NCBI RefSeq assembly: GCF_964194025.1
Contig: NC_134470.1
Span: 6,448,001 to 6,512,000, forward strand
Length of the DNA: 64,000 nt
Direction: 5' to 3'
From: Convolutriloba macropyga
Lineage: Eukaryota
Both the position numbers and the translations under genes were made by a program. The notes below the pieces were generated by a model. That model saw only the letters and a list, made by a program, of their open reading frames with translations. It was not told the DNA's origin and did not search any database. Of this stretch, positions 1 to 11,349 are shown one piece after another (the first letter of the stretch is position 1; each line of letters begins with the position of its first letter).

Positions 1-1011
1 AATCCAAAATTAAACGTTCGAGTTAAATGTGACGCCTCACGATAAGGACTGGGAGCAGCACTTGAACAGAATACACCCGAAGGTTGAAAACCAATAGCAT
101 TTGCGTCACGATTCTTAAACTCAACAGAAGAACGTTACAGTGTTAACGAACTAAAAATATTGGGAATAGACTGGTCAATCGACTACTAGTATTTCAAATA
201 CTATCTATATGGGAAAAAAATTCACTGTTATAACAGACCATCGAGCACTATTGTCTATACTAAAAGAACCCACATCGAACAAACCTTACAGCAGTCGACT
301 ATCTAGATAGATAGACAGAACTTCCCTACAATTTCACAATTGAACACATGCCGGGAGCAAAAATGGGTTTAGTGGACTACATATCTTGAAACCCATTCGC
401 AAGAGCTGAAAAAGTATCTACATAAGGCGAACACTTTGTAGTAGCAACAATATCTAAAATTCGTAACTCAATGAAACATCCAATTAAAAATAAACAGAAC
501 ACACTACAAAAATTTAATAGCATATTAAAGTTACCTTCACCTTCATTTCATTCAAAACATTCATTCGCACCGCAAATGCATACACCACTAACTACTAATT
601 CACAAATTAGTACTAAACCAGTTGCCCCACAATTACTACTTTCTAGAAAGAAACTACCATTTGCATCGCAACTAACACTTTAAAATTCAACAGTTAATCC
701 GCATATAAATATACCATTCGCATCGCAAATGCCTCTTAAAGTTAGAAAATCACAATTTAAACCAAATTACCACAAAGTGAATAATTCACATTCCATTAAC
801 AAATTTGCTGCAAAAGAAGTGCAAATATCAGACAGTAAAGAATGTGAACACTGAACAATTATACCCAATAAAGCCCATTATTGGTATTAAGTCAAATAAT
901 CCGCCTAAATACTCTAAATTAAGCGCGAAAACACAAATTCCTAAGTATAAATACAACACGCACAAGAATCGCTCGCTTTTTGCCCAAAATTGATCCACAT
1001 CTCACTTCATT

Positions 1012-3159
1012 TTGAATAACTCTATCAAATCGCTCAACGCAAATAACTCTGTCAATCTTCTCAACAAGATGCCAAAAACAAAAGCTACACGATCGAAATC
1101 TACCCCAACGAAGGCACGAGAGACATTTTCTGATACAACTCCATCAACACCCGGCACAAATACATCCTCTAATACCGAAACCCCATCAGGCAGTTTGATC
1201 GACGCTGCAGATGATATATGTTTCACAGAAACGCTAAATAAGATATTTAGCAGAAAACTACTGGCCATAATAACCGGAAAAGATGCGATCCTTAATGAGG
1301 TGAGAGACTGTGTTATTCGAGATGATCCTGACAGACTTCGTGAAATAAGCCACTATCTCCTCTCTTATTGGCGGGACCTTAGTGTGAAGCACGGATGTGC
1401 CTGTCTTGACGAGAGAACAGCGATCCCCAAAGCAAGAAAGGATGCGGTGTTAGAGGACATACACTCGACAGCTCCTGGGAGCTTTGCAATGCTTTCATTA
1501 GCACAGAACATTTGGTGGCCATATATCCATCGGGATATACTGGCAAAAGCCAGTGAGTGCAAAGCATGCAAGTAAATTGGTAAGAATCTTAAATCAGTGA
1601 TTTCGCAACGCAAATGGGCAACTTCAACAAAATGCTCTGAACCGAATGACGAAATACAAATAGACTTTGGTGGGCCGATTCTTATTCAAAAGGGTATAGA
1701 ACAAAATTTCATTACAAGTGTAGATAGATATTCAAAATATCCCACAGCAGAAATAGTAAAAAACGCTTCTGGTACAAATGTAATTAAATTCCTAAATAAC
1801 TACATATACAGCCACGGGGTACCAAGAACCATTAGATTAGATCAAGCTAGATGTTTTACAGGTAAAATGTTTGAAACATTCTGTACAGAAAATAACATAA
1901 CACCTATATATGCACCAGCAAATGAATATAGAGCAATTGGTCTAGTAGAACGCATCATTCAAACAATTAAACGACAATTATCTTGCATGAAAACACCACT
2001 AAATAAAAAATTTAACTTAGAACATTCACTGTGTGCAATTATACAGCGCTTGAGAATTTCAAAACAAAAAACAATAGGCATCACACCATTTGAGGCACAA
2101 TTCGGTAGAAAATATAATACACCAATTTCAAACATCGCCACTAAACCTAATAACAATAATTTAAATTACAATAAAATAATTAAACGTTATTTCGATGAAG
2201 ACAAGATACCAGGCCGGTCGTACTTAACGGAGGGACAATGGGCGGATACGGCCCTATGTTCAGATACTGAAATAGAAAAGGTCATCTGTGCCGCAAATGC
2301 CCGTGCAAAGAAAGAGGAGGACAAAACGAAAGACGGAGAACAACGATTAATCCTGTCAGAGGGAGTGGGCAGGCCAATTCCGTGTTCTGAACGAAGCATT
2401 CAGGTTAAATTAGCGAGAAAAATCCACGAGAGCCAGCGACAAAAGAAAAATCTCGACGGGCTATACAAGGTGCTCGCTCCCGGGAGTACGGTATGCAAAG
2501 TCAGCCCGACCACAAGTGTCATTAAAGAACCAAATCGACAAGAAGTACGGGTACGAAATTCTGATATCGCCATGTTTGGTACAACAGCAGAACGCAATAC
2601 CGACCCTACCCAATACATAGAGCGCAGCCCGAAGAGAACCTACGAAAAAACGATCGAACAGAAAATAAATAAGCATAGACGTGACTTAGTAAGAAAAAAC
2701 ACCGGTGACAAAAAGATAAAGAGAAACAGAAAACAAGCTGACGATATCAGTGTGGTATCTTCGGGCAGATCCTGTATTTCTACAGCTAGTAATGTGGCGC
2801 GCTCACTAAAAATGAGATTCCCGAAACGCAACGCAAAGCACGAAGAGGCGTTCACAAATAGAGTTGACCTCACCCAGATATTGCACTTCAGCCCACCTGT
2901 TCCAATTGCGCCTCCACCACTTAACCCGAATGAAGCTGGACCATCCGCGGCCCGAATGGCTCCTTCTCAAATGCCAACTCCTATTCTACGTAAAACGGGA
3001 AAACGACAGTTGGCAAAAAGCGATACATCCGACTCGGATACATCGTCAGTAAGAGAGAGCAAAAGAACTCATAAACAAAAGAAGCCTGCACAGTCGATAG
3101 TAGAAGAAGTCCAAAACACGAAACACGGAAGGGTATTCAACAGAAATTCCCGAATCTAA
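1012..3159 (+). pseudogene. Gypsy pol integrase region, broken by a stop at 1573-1575
   Basis: IQIDFGGP...SVDRYSKYP, HGVPRTIRLDQARCF and GLVERIIQTIK give the D,D,E core. It is followed by a long basic, low-complexity C-terminal extension. ORFs 1012-1575 and 1597-3159 are in the same frame, separated by one TAA. Confidence 0.85.
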
Positions 3160-3415
3160 TACCGATTTCCTTGGAGAGGTTTCGCCACGAAACCCTAATG
3201 AGAGGTGGACGTTGGACCGAAATCCAAATCTCCCAAGAGAGATGACAGTTTTGCAGGCTGAAAACGAAGATCACTCAGAATCTGATTAAAAACTAATTAA
3301 AATTCTGTGAACTCTAAATTTTACTTGTCATTCAATATTTTACTACTTATATAACCGGTGAATGTTTAATAAAATTTCTGATTTTAGGTACTAGTTTTTC
3401 TCCCAACCGGGGAAA

Positions 3416-3759
3416 TGTCATGCGGAAACTGTCTGTTCAGCTCATAAACAAATCGTTGAGTTCTTCCTGTCTTATGATTTGTTGGGAACAAAACCTTCAT
3501 TTCCCAAATTGAAACTTAAATTGTTCATTCTCCAATTTGCACTGCTGAAAACTAGTTGCAATTTAATTCTAGTAAATCGCTTTTCAATTGGACTCACCCA
3601 AATAGAATAGCGCCAAACGCACCGCGATTAGCCAAGCCGACAATTAGAAAATCTAATTGCATAGATATAAGTGCCATTTGTGGCGCAATTGCCTTGACTG
3701 ATTTATGAGATAAGCATTCGCAACTCGATTGGAATAATCCGTAGCAATCGAGTATAACA
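3416..3759 (+). repeat. Putative 3' LTR of the Gypsy element
   Basis: Purine tract ccggggaaa directly before TGTCAT (3416). The candidate end ATAACA (3759) matches the inverse of the start at 5/6. The partner LTR is outside the window, so this is unconfirmed. Confidence 0.5.
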
Positions 3760-4373
3760 AACTGTAAAGTAAAATGCATGAGAGACTACTCTTAACCTAC
3801 ATCCAATCGGCATCAGAACTGATTACCGGCACTTTCAGGGTAGCATCATTTTTCAATACTGATTCAGAGGTTTCATAATAGTTTCAGTAATGATTCTGAA
3901 TTTCTCTGAATCATAGTAAAATTTAGAATCAGTGGCATACAGATTTTATAGATTATCTGGATCACAGGAAGTTTCATAATGACTTTCAGAAGCTATTCGG
4001 AAATCTGTTTTCATACACGTTTTTAGTTTGGTGCAGACGTACACAATTTATGGAAAACAACAGATGGAAAGCAAAAATTGGGACAATAGATCGAAAATTA
4101 AATTATTCAAGTTACGTATTGGCCAATCAGATTTGAGCACTCATATATTATACAGCATATAACATGATCTGTTGTGATATTTAGTTCGGTTGTGATAGAT
4201 TCATATTAAGTCCCTGATTCACATCAAGTCCATCTGTTGTCCTTTCGATCTATTGTTCGGTCACTACAATTTATGTCACTTGATTTGTTTAGAAGCGATG
4301 TACTTGAAAATGTTGACTTATTTCATATGGCTACTTTTTTGTAAATAAGCTATAACCAGATTAAAGAACTTAC

Positions 4374-4597
4374 TTGGTTTTTTGGTACCCAGACAACTCT
4401 GAATAAATTCACAGGCAGGCTGGAATTGATCAAACATAGAAGATTCCCCGTCATCTTGAATACCACAGTGATAATATTCTATTCCTGGGAAGTTTCGAGG
4501 CTTAACTCCGAGACAGCAAATGGTTTTGATATTAGCAGTATTCAGAGTTTCTTCGCTCGCAGATGAAAGCTTATCATGAATCTGTTTTCTTTCTCTG
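4374..4597 (-). CDS. Internal exon of a dual-specificity protein phosphatase-like (DSP/DUSP fold) gene
   Basis: Acceptor ttttaccag (NAGNAG alternative at 4594), donor a|gtaagt, 224 nt open. Translation: RERKQIHDKLSSASEETLNTANIKTICCLGVKPRNFPGIEYYHCGIQDDGESSMFDQFQPACEFIQSCLGTKKP. This fits the DUSP pattern I..I..., Y...I.D (general-acid Asp), F....EFI...L, which normally precedes VLVHCxxGxSRS. The catalytic exon is not visible in the window. Confidence 0.7.
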
Positions 4598-5274
4598 CTG
4601 GTAAAATTATATCAGCTTAATTAAATCTAAATTTTCTATTTTTCGTCATGGAATCATTTAGGGAGCTGATGACAAAAGTTTTCACACAGCGTCACATTTC
4701 GACTTGGAGTATGTATGCTTATTATCCGGTGGTAAAGGAAATTTCTGGAAATTACGCAACAAATAAGCTGAACAGCGCATTTTTTTCAAAAAAATTTTGA
4801 TCAGAAACATTATGTAGTATTTCCGGAAAGCGCTGAAAAGCACTGAAATTATGTAAGAAAGTGTTTGAAAACTGCTTCATAAGAGCAACTTTTTTCAGCG
4901 CATTCACATCAATTTTGAGCAATTTTCTCGGGTTATCACAGCTTTTTGGTGTCTTAGTCATCTCGTCTTCCATTCACCACAGTTATAATAACTAATTTGA
5001 TTAAATCATTAGTTTTGACCAAGTGCGAAAAAAACTTGTAACACTGAAAAATGCAGAAAACAAGTCAACTGGCATTCATTCGATTTTATGGCAATAAAAT
5101 ACGACGGCGATTCGTTTATGTTAGTTTGGCATTAATCGGAGAAGTTACAATATAATATTATAAATGTTATAAATATTATAAATAAAAGTTCACAGATCTC
5201 TGCAAATTAAAAGTAAACATGACATTAGGTAAAAAAATGGAAATTACCCGCAAAAATAATCAGCTGGAAAATTG

Positions 5275-6157
5275 CAGTTTAACACGATACCATGCAACGC
5301 GATGCTATAAGGTCGCAAAGTACCAAAAAAGGACAAATCATGTCGAGTGAAGCTTATTGAGTTTATAGTTTTATGTTCGTATTTCTTCATAAAAAGTATT
5401 ACTTTTTTCACATTAACAATGAATTCAGAAATGCAATAACAATTGGAAGAATTGTTCTTGGTGGCCCAACTGTCCAGGGATGAAGGAGGAAGAATTGACC
5501 CGGAATCAACATTCTTAAACAACCGGAATCAACAAAGAGTATATATGGCTCCATATGGGACGTGCAAAAATTCTCAGTATGATTTTGCAAAGATTTTTAA
5601 GATTCATAAATGATCTTTAAAGGATCAGCATGATTAATTTATGGTCTTTGTTTGGTTAGTAGCAATCATATATGATCTTTCTGTGATTAGTAATAAACAT
5701 ATATGATCTTTCCAGTTTAACACGATACCATGCAACGCGATGCTAAAAAGTCGCAAAGTCCCAAAAAATAAAAAATGGCATATCATGAAGAGCGAAGCAT
5801 ATTGAGCTTATAGTTTTATGCTCGTATTTCTTCAAAAAAAGTATCACTTTTTTCACATTAACAATGCATTTAGAAATGCAATAACAATTGGATGTATTGT
5901 TCTTGGTGGCCGAACTGTCTAGGGATGAAGGAGGCAGAATTGACCCGGAATCAACCTTCTTAAACAACCGGAATCAACAAAGAGTATATATGGCTCCATA
6001 TGAGACGTGCAAAAATTCTCAGTATGATTTTGCAAAGATTTTTAAGATTCATAAATGATCTTTAAAGGATCAGCATGATTAATTTATGGTCTTTGTTTGG
6101 TTAGTAGCAATCATATATGATCTTTCTGTGATTAGTAATAAACATATATGATCTTTC
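5275..6157. repeat. Tandem duplication, ~440-bp unit (5275-5712 / 5713-6157)
   Basis: Both units start cagtttaacacgataccatgcaacgcgatgcta and end taataaacatatatgatcttt. Confidence 0.9.
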
Positions 6158-8022
6158 TATGTTCGCTAATGTTCATATATATCAACTTTATAATATTTAA
6201 AGTCTTTTCTTTATTGTTCGGGCTGCAAGTGCATAACCAATAGACTTTAAAGCAATTTTCTTCAATACCCAAGAATCAATTTTCCTCGAGAACGATTGTA
6301 AACGGAAATTACTATGCTGTAAAAAAAGTGAGAATAATGGAACCTATATATTTTTTCTAATTTTTTTCTTCTAATTTTCAACTTTAATTTTTGGCCAGTA
6401 ATTTTTTTTCTAATATTTAGACTTAATTTAAGGCTTCTATTGGATATCGGTACATAAATGTTCTTTCTGTAGAGTGTAAAAACAAAACTGTACATACGCA
6501 TTGATGTGCTTGGGATTGGTTGAATGTAGAATAAAGAGAAGAAAGTTTAAAAAACTTCCTTATTTTCTGGCACAAAAAATCTTCTGAAATGCCTGACTAC
6601 GTTAAAACTACCATAGTGGCTTTTTCTGTTTTTCTGCCGTAAATTTTCCATACATGACTACTAAAAACGCACATAAATTTCTTATTATATTGCACAAAAA
6701 ATTTTTGGTGGTTTTCATTTTGTTATCAGTTTTTTCATGATCATTTTGTGTTTATTATTAACATTTTTGATCTTAGAAAAGTTGCTATGATTCGTTTGTA
6801 CTATATATGACTTAATTTGATTGCTAAGAATCATATTTAACTTATTATGAATGCTAAGATAATTTTTTGATATTCAACACGGCTAAAAACTCTTGTTTTC
6901 CTAGTTGATATTTTTCTTGCTTTAAATGTGCTGTTGATTGCCATAGAGTAGAAAACATCGCAATTGAAGTCAATTGCATAAGAAAAAAAAATGTCTACAA
7001 ATGTTGCTCGAGAAAAGTTTTACAGTGCTGGTGCATCTTCAACATAAATTAGGCGCTAAATAATATAGGGAAAAATTTCCGCCTAAACGTACACTGCTAA
7101 CACGGCAATAGAAAAACAGGCGTTTAGCATTCAAATTTGTTTACAAAATGAAATTCAGCAGTAAGAAGAAAAAATTAGATAATAGAATTGATTTACTCAA
7201 ACATTTTGGGTTCTGGATCTCTCAATCTTTTTGGGTTCACTCTATTGTGTTATGACTTATAGTGAATCGTAATATGGCTTATACGCTCAAAAATACGAAA
7301 AAAGAACGTAAGAGAAATCCGTTTTGAAATGCTTTTTCCGATGTAAGATAATTATAATTCGAATTTTGCTTACTATTGAGTAATTTATCATACAAGAATA
7401 AATTTACTCGCTTGTTATTATTTGTAAAAACTAAGGCCTGCAGTCAATGATTAATGATTGCACACATCAAGTGTGCTGACAAATTGTAGCATGAGGAAAA
7501 TATTATTTTTTAAACTTATTAAAAAAATTATTTTTAAAAAAAAAAACGGAAACAGATCCCGCCTTATTTCCTTGATAGAGCCATGGCAAAGCACGAACCA
7601 TTCCATTTTTAGGTCTGCTGTTTGAATTCTGATTCTGACGACACCAATTTACGATAAACTGCTTTCGGCATTTTGGGCAAAATAAATTTTCTTTTAATTT
7701 GTAACAAGTAGATGTTTGCGAACTCATCGTGTTGAGATTGGTACAATTTAGGCAACCAGGTTGAAGTTTAAGCGAATATTTAGTTGATTGAATAAATATA
7801 GACAATACGCAACGCTGACGTCATGATTGTTCTTCGCTTGCGTACAACTTCAACTATAGTATTCAACTATATTAGCGTCAGAGAAACTAGACCTGAAAAC
7901 TATTAAAGCTGTTTATAGACACATTAATAATGTCATTGTAATTTTACTAATAAACACTTTTGAAGGCAAGAAAAGTTTAAGAAGTGATTTTTGAAGCTTA
8001 TCTAGAACAGAGTTAAACTTAC

Positions 8023-8213
8023 CTGTAATCTCCGACGAGGTTTGTACAATTTTTTAAGGTGATGTTTGGTACTTTTGAACTACGAGTAATACTTTTGTGA
8101 CACCGAAACGACATTCTATCTTGAGCACTTGATTTCTCGTAGGTTTTGTTGTCTTCTGGTCGATATACTTTTTGTATGAAGTCCACTATGCACTTACTAG
8201 TAAATCGAGATAA
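8023..8213 (-). CDS. Candidate exon, possibly an upstream exon of the DUSP-like gene
   Basis: Acceptor ttttctcaag, strong donor cag|gtaagt, 191 nt open (LSRFTSKCIVDFIQKV...CTNLVGDY). It ends in phase 2, compatible with the phase-2 start at 4597. No domain recognised. Confidence 0.3.
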
Positions 8214-8359
8214 CTTGAGAAAACTAAACCGTGCAACTGATCCGGCAGTTACAAAAGTAAGGAAATGTTTTCACTTGATCATCCATTATGAACATATTCT
8301 GAAATAACAACATTTTGTGAGGTAGGAAAACAAGAATTTACGAGTCAGTGACTGACTTT

Positions 8360-8592
8360 CCCTAGACGAACTCCGACGCTTATCTTGCAAAATCTTGCAA
8401 GATTATTGCAAATGACGCTTATCTTGCAAGATCTGGCAAGATTCTTGCAAATGACGCTTGTCTTGCAAGATCTTGCAAGATTCCTGCAAATGACTATTAT
8501 CTTGCAAGATCTTGCAAGATTCTTGCAAATGACGCTTATCTTGCAAGATGCAAGATCCAGACGCCTATCTTGCAAGAACCTCACAAGATCTT
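8360..8592. repeat. ~39-bp tandem repeats built on the palindrome CTTGCAAG; truncated CCCTAG-type non-autonomous transposon
   Basis: Unit gacgcttatcttgcaagatcttgcaagattcttgcaaat occurs about 5 times after ccctagacg. The same motif appears at ~21365 and in 61698-62060. Confidence 0.75.
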
Positions 8593-8913
8593 TCAGGATA
8601 GACGTGGAAAAGAGAAAAGTGCAATATTAAAGACCGATTAACTAAGAGATCATGTTCTCTTATGAGTTCAGTCCATCGGAGGGAGCTCCCGGTTCAAAAC
8701 AGAAATTTTAATATATTTTCTGTCTTCAATATTGTTTTTGAAAAACTCATTTCCAGAAAAAAATTTAGTGACTGTTTAAATGCTTTGTTCTATCAACAAA
8801 ACTTAAATAAGCAATAAATTTTTTAAATAAGCAAAAAAAAAATTTGGCGAAGCACTTGTTAACACAAGCAAACAGAATTTGAATAATCAATTTGAGCTAT
8901 ATTTATTTCATTA

Positions 8914-9733
8914 CGACGCAAAGGTATACCCCAAAACTTCCGCCTTATTAAAGTTGGCTCGAAAATTAGATACATACAATGAACGAAATTAGGAGACACC
9001 CTTTGTATTTTACTTTTCGCAAAAGGGGTTCTGCCAATTTTGCGAAATAAAAGAACATTAGGAACGAAAAGTAGGTTACAAGCTAGTCTTGTAGCACGTT
9101 TCCGCTCAATTTATGTATCTATTATTTGCGCGCATTTTCAGCATGCAATAAGCACTTTGATAAAGATTTAATTAAAGCTTTCAAAGCTTTAAAGTGCTTT
9201 AAATACATGCAACCACAAAAACTGATTTTTTCCCGAAATATACCTCGCACATCAAAGCTTTGTATATCAATGTGTGACTGGCCATTTTAATAAGTAGTAA
9301 TAAATAGTACTAATAAGTAGTAAAAAGAAGTAATAAAGTACTATAAGTAGTAATAAAGTAGTATTAAAGTACTACTAATAGTAATAAGTTAGGCTTAATT
9401 AAATAAGTAGCAATTAATTTAGGCTTAATTGCGGATTATATGCGAAATCGAGCTGCATTGCGTGCAAAAAATTGTTACATAAATGGAGCAGATGCGTGAT
9501 ACAAGCCGTGCGAAAAATAGGTTATAAAGTTTGTAATTGTATTTCGCGGCTAGGATTAGGACACTTTTGCGAACATGGGTTGCTAATTTCACTTCCATTT
9601 TGCTGATTTCTGATAAAGTAGCTATTTGCCGCAATATTGTTCCTTTTTCATGGTATTAACGTAATAAAAACGAACACGAGATACACGCATCGGGCATATC
9701 TGCCCGTGACGATTTGGGTATACCTCTGCGTCG
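8914..9733. mobile_element. MITE with TA flanks (Tc1/mariner-type non-autonomous element)
   Basis: TIR cgacgcaaaggtataccc / gggtatacctctgcgtcg (1 mismatch), TA on both sides. Internal (aagtagtaata)n tract at ~9290-9390. Confidence 0.75.
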
Positions 9734-11349
9734 TAACGTTATAATTGTTCATTACTGAGGAGATTACTGTAGTACCACATCGTATTAAAATATCCCTCTC
9801 AAGCACAATTTTTTTGCACAATTTAATTAAATAGATAACATATTTTACAGTAAAAATTCAACCTCACATTTTCACAAAAACTTTTGATCTCACTTACAAA
9901 TAATGTATTGCTATACAGAGGTTGCTATTTAATAAATATCAAGTGCGTCCGGGCGGGGGGGGGGATAAATGTTAAATGCCCACTAATCATAGGGGCCAAA
10001 ACAAAACAGATTATATTCAATACATGTGCCGGTTATCACATCTAGTAAAAGGTGTTAATGTATAACAAAAAAATGAACGTGTGGGCGAAATCATTTTATT
10101 TTTGAATTTTAGTTATTTAGTTATTTAGTACAGAAAGACTTAATTCAAGCTTTTTGTTCGTATGGAGTTGCCCCTTTTCCGCCACCCATACTATCAATTT
10201 GACGGTTTGTTAGGTATATAGGATACCGAATTCTGGTCATTCAATGATCAAATTTCTTGATTGGAAGCGAAAACGGTAAAACTTTTGCGACCGAACGATC
10301 AAGCGATACTTGTTGAGTTCTTGAGAGCGCCAGTAACCGACCCATAATAGTATCGCTGATGCTGTTAAGTCCTCCTATAGGGGAAAAATATTTACAACTA
10401 AATTAATATACCGATGATCTGCGAGTTTTTCGATTTTTACATTTCGGAGAAGTAGAGCTGTCATAAGATGTCCTTGGAAATATTGGTCAGTTTAATGCCT
10501 CCTATTGTGATTCAAAGTGGGTAGCAATGTAGCAGATGTGGAGGTTGAAATCTGGCTGATCGCGTGACTGGCGGTGGGTAGTTTTAGGTTTTTTGGATCT
10601 TTTACGCACCCGTTTCACCTTGTTGCTCCAACATGTTCTTGTTGGACTTATATTTTATGACAACTGATTTCTGTATCCCTACTTTTCTCCGTATGTGGAT
10701 CCTTCTCTTCTCAGGGATTATATCACCAAGGGAATATTGCGTTTTAAATTTGCTAAGTCGGTTGTTCGTAGTCTTATATCAGCTTTTCGGGGTAAGAAAA
10801 TTATGAGAGTTGGAGGCGACTGCAGTGACTGTAGATCTTACTGAAGCTGCTTACAGCTTCCTAGATTTTTCACAGAGTTTTTATTGGCATTCATTTTACG
10901 TGCAATCTCTGGATTGCTTGTTCCGCTAAAGAATTGGTTTCGTATAACGGCACTGCATGTAAACCATAAGGTTTGTAGCCCGACAATTCCTTTTCTCGCT
11001 CGGAATTATGACACTTGGAAGGACGTCAACGTCATTTATATTTTTTTAAAAAATCTTTGAGCCCGGGTCAAGGTCGCACCGCTAAAAACCGCTACAAGGT
11101 GTAAGATTTGCGGTGAATTCGAATAAAAATGTAAGATTTGCGCTCAATGCGATGAATGTGGTGAAAAAATTTTTTTCCTCAAAACTAACAATAGAGATCT
11201 ACTCGTCTCCCCGTTGCCAAGTACAAAAGTATCGAAGTACTCAATTGGAACCATCAAAAACAGCTCTCTTGGAAAAATTTATCACTGAGCTTTTGAGAAG
11301 AGAAAAAAATTATGCAATACCAATAGCGTTGCTTTGAATACATGAATAG

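Larger units (their letters stand above)
1..3759 (+). mobile_element. Decayed Ty3/Gypsy LTR retrotransposon, 3' half (RNase H, integrase, putative 3' LTR); continues left of the window
   Basis: Frameshifted RNase H motifs at ~145-390 (YFKYYLYGK/FTVITDHRALLSIL, FTIEHMPGAKMGLVDYIS). Integrase HHCC region in ORF 1012-1575 (IHSTAPG...WWPYIHRDI...CKAC) and rve core in ORF 1597-3159. The RH-then-IN order is Gypsy-type. Confidence 0.9.

Noticed and set aside
4660-4705. CTGATGA as a hammerhead core (also at ~47320 and ~63966)
   Set aside because: No correctly placed GAAA with supporting stems.
4752-4973. ORF MEDEMTK...RKLLKIDVNALKKV as a WH2-like first exon of the DUSP gene
   Set aside because: Motif resemblance is weak and I found no convincing phase-compatible donor.
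7503-7805. Cys-containing 100-aa ORF (CPKC)
   Set aside because: No recognisable domain or clear splice signals; cannot be supported as a gene.
8345-8630. (LQDLARFLQMTLI)n leucine-repeat-like ORF
   Set aside because: Translation of a 39-bp palindrome-rich DNA repeat; open on both strands.
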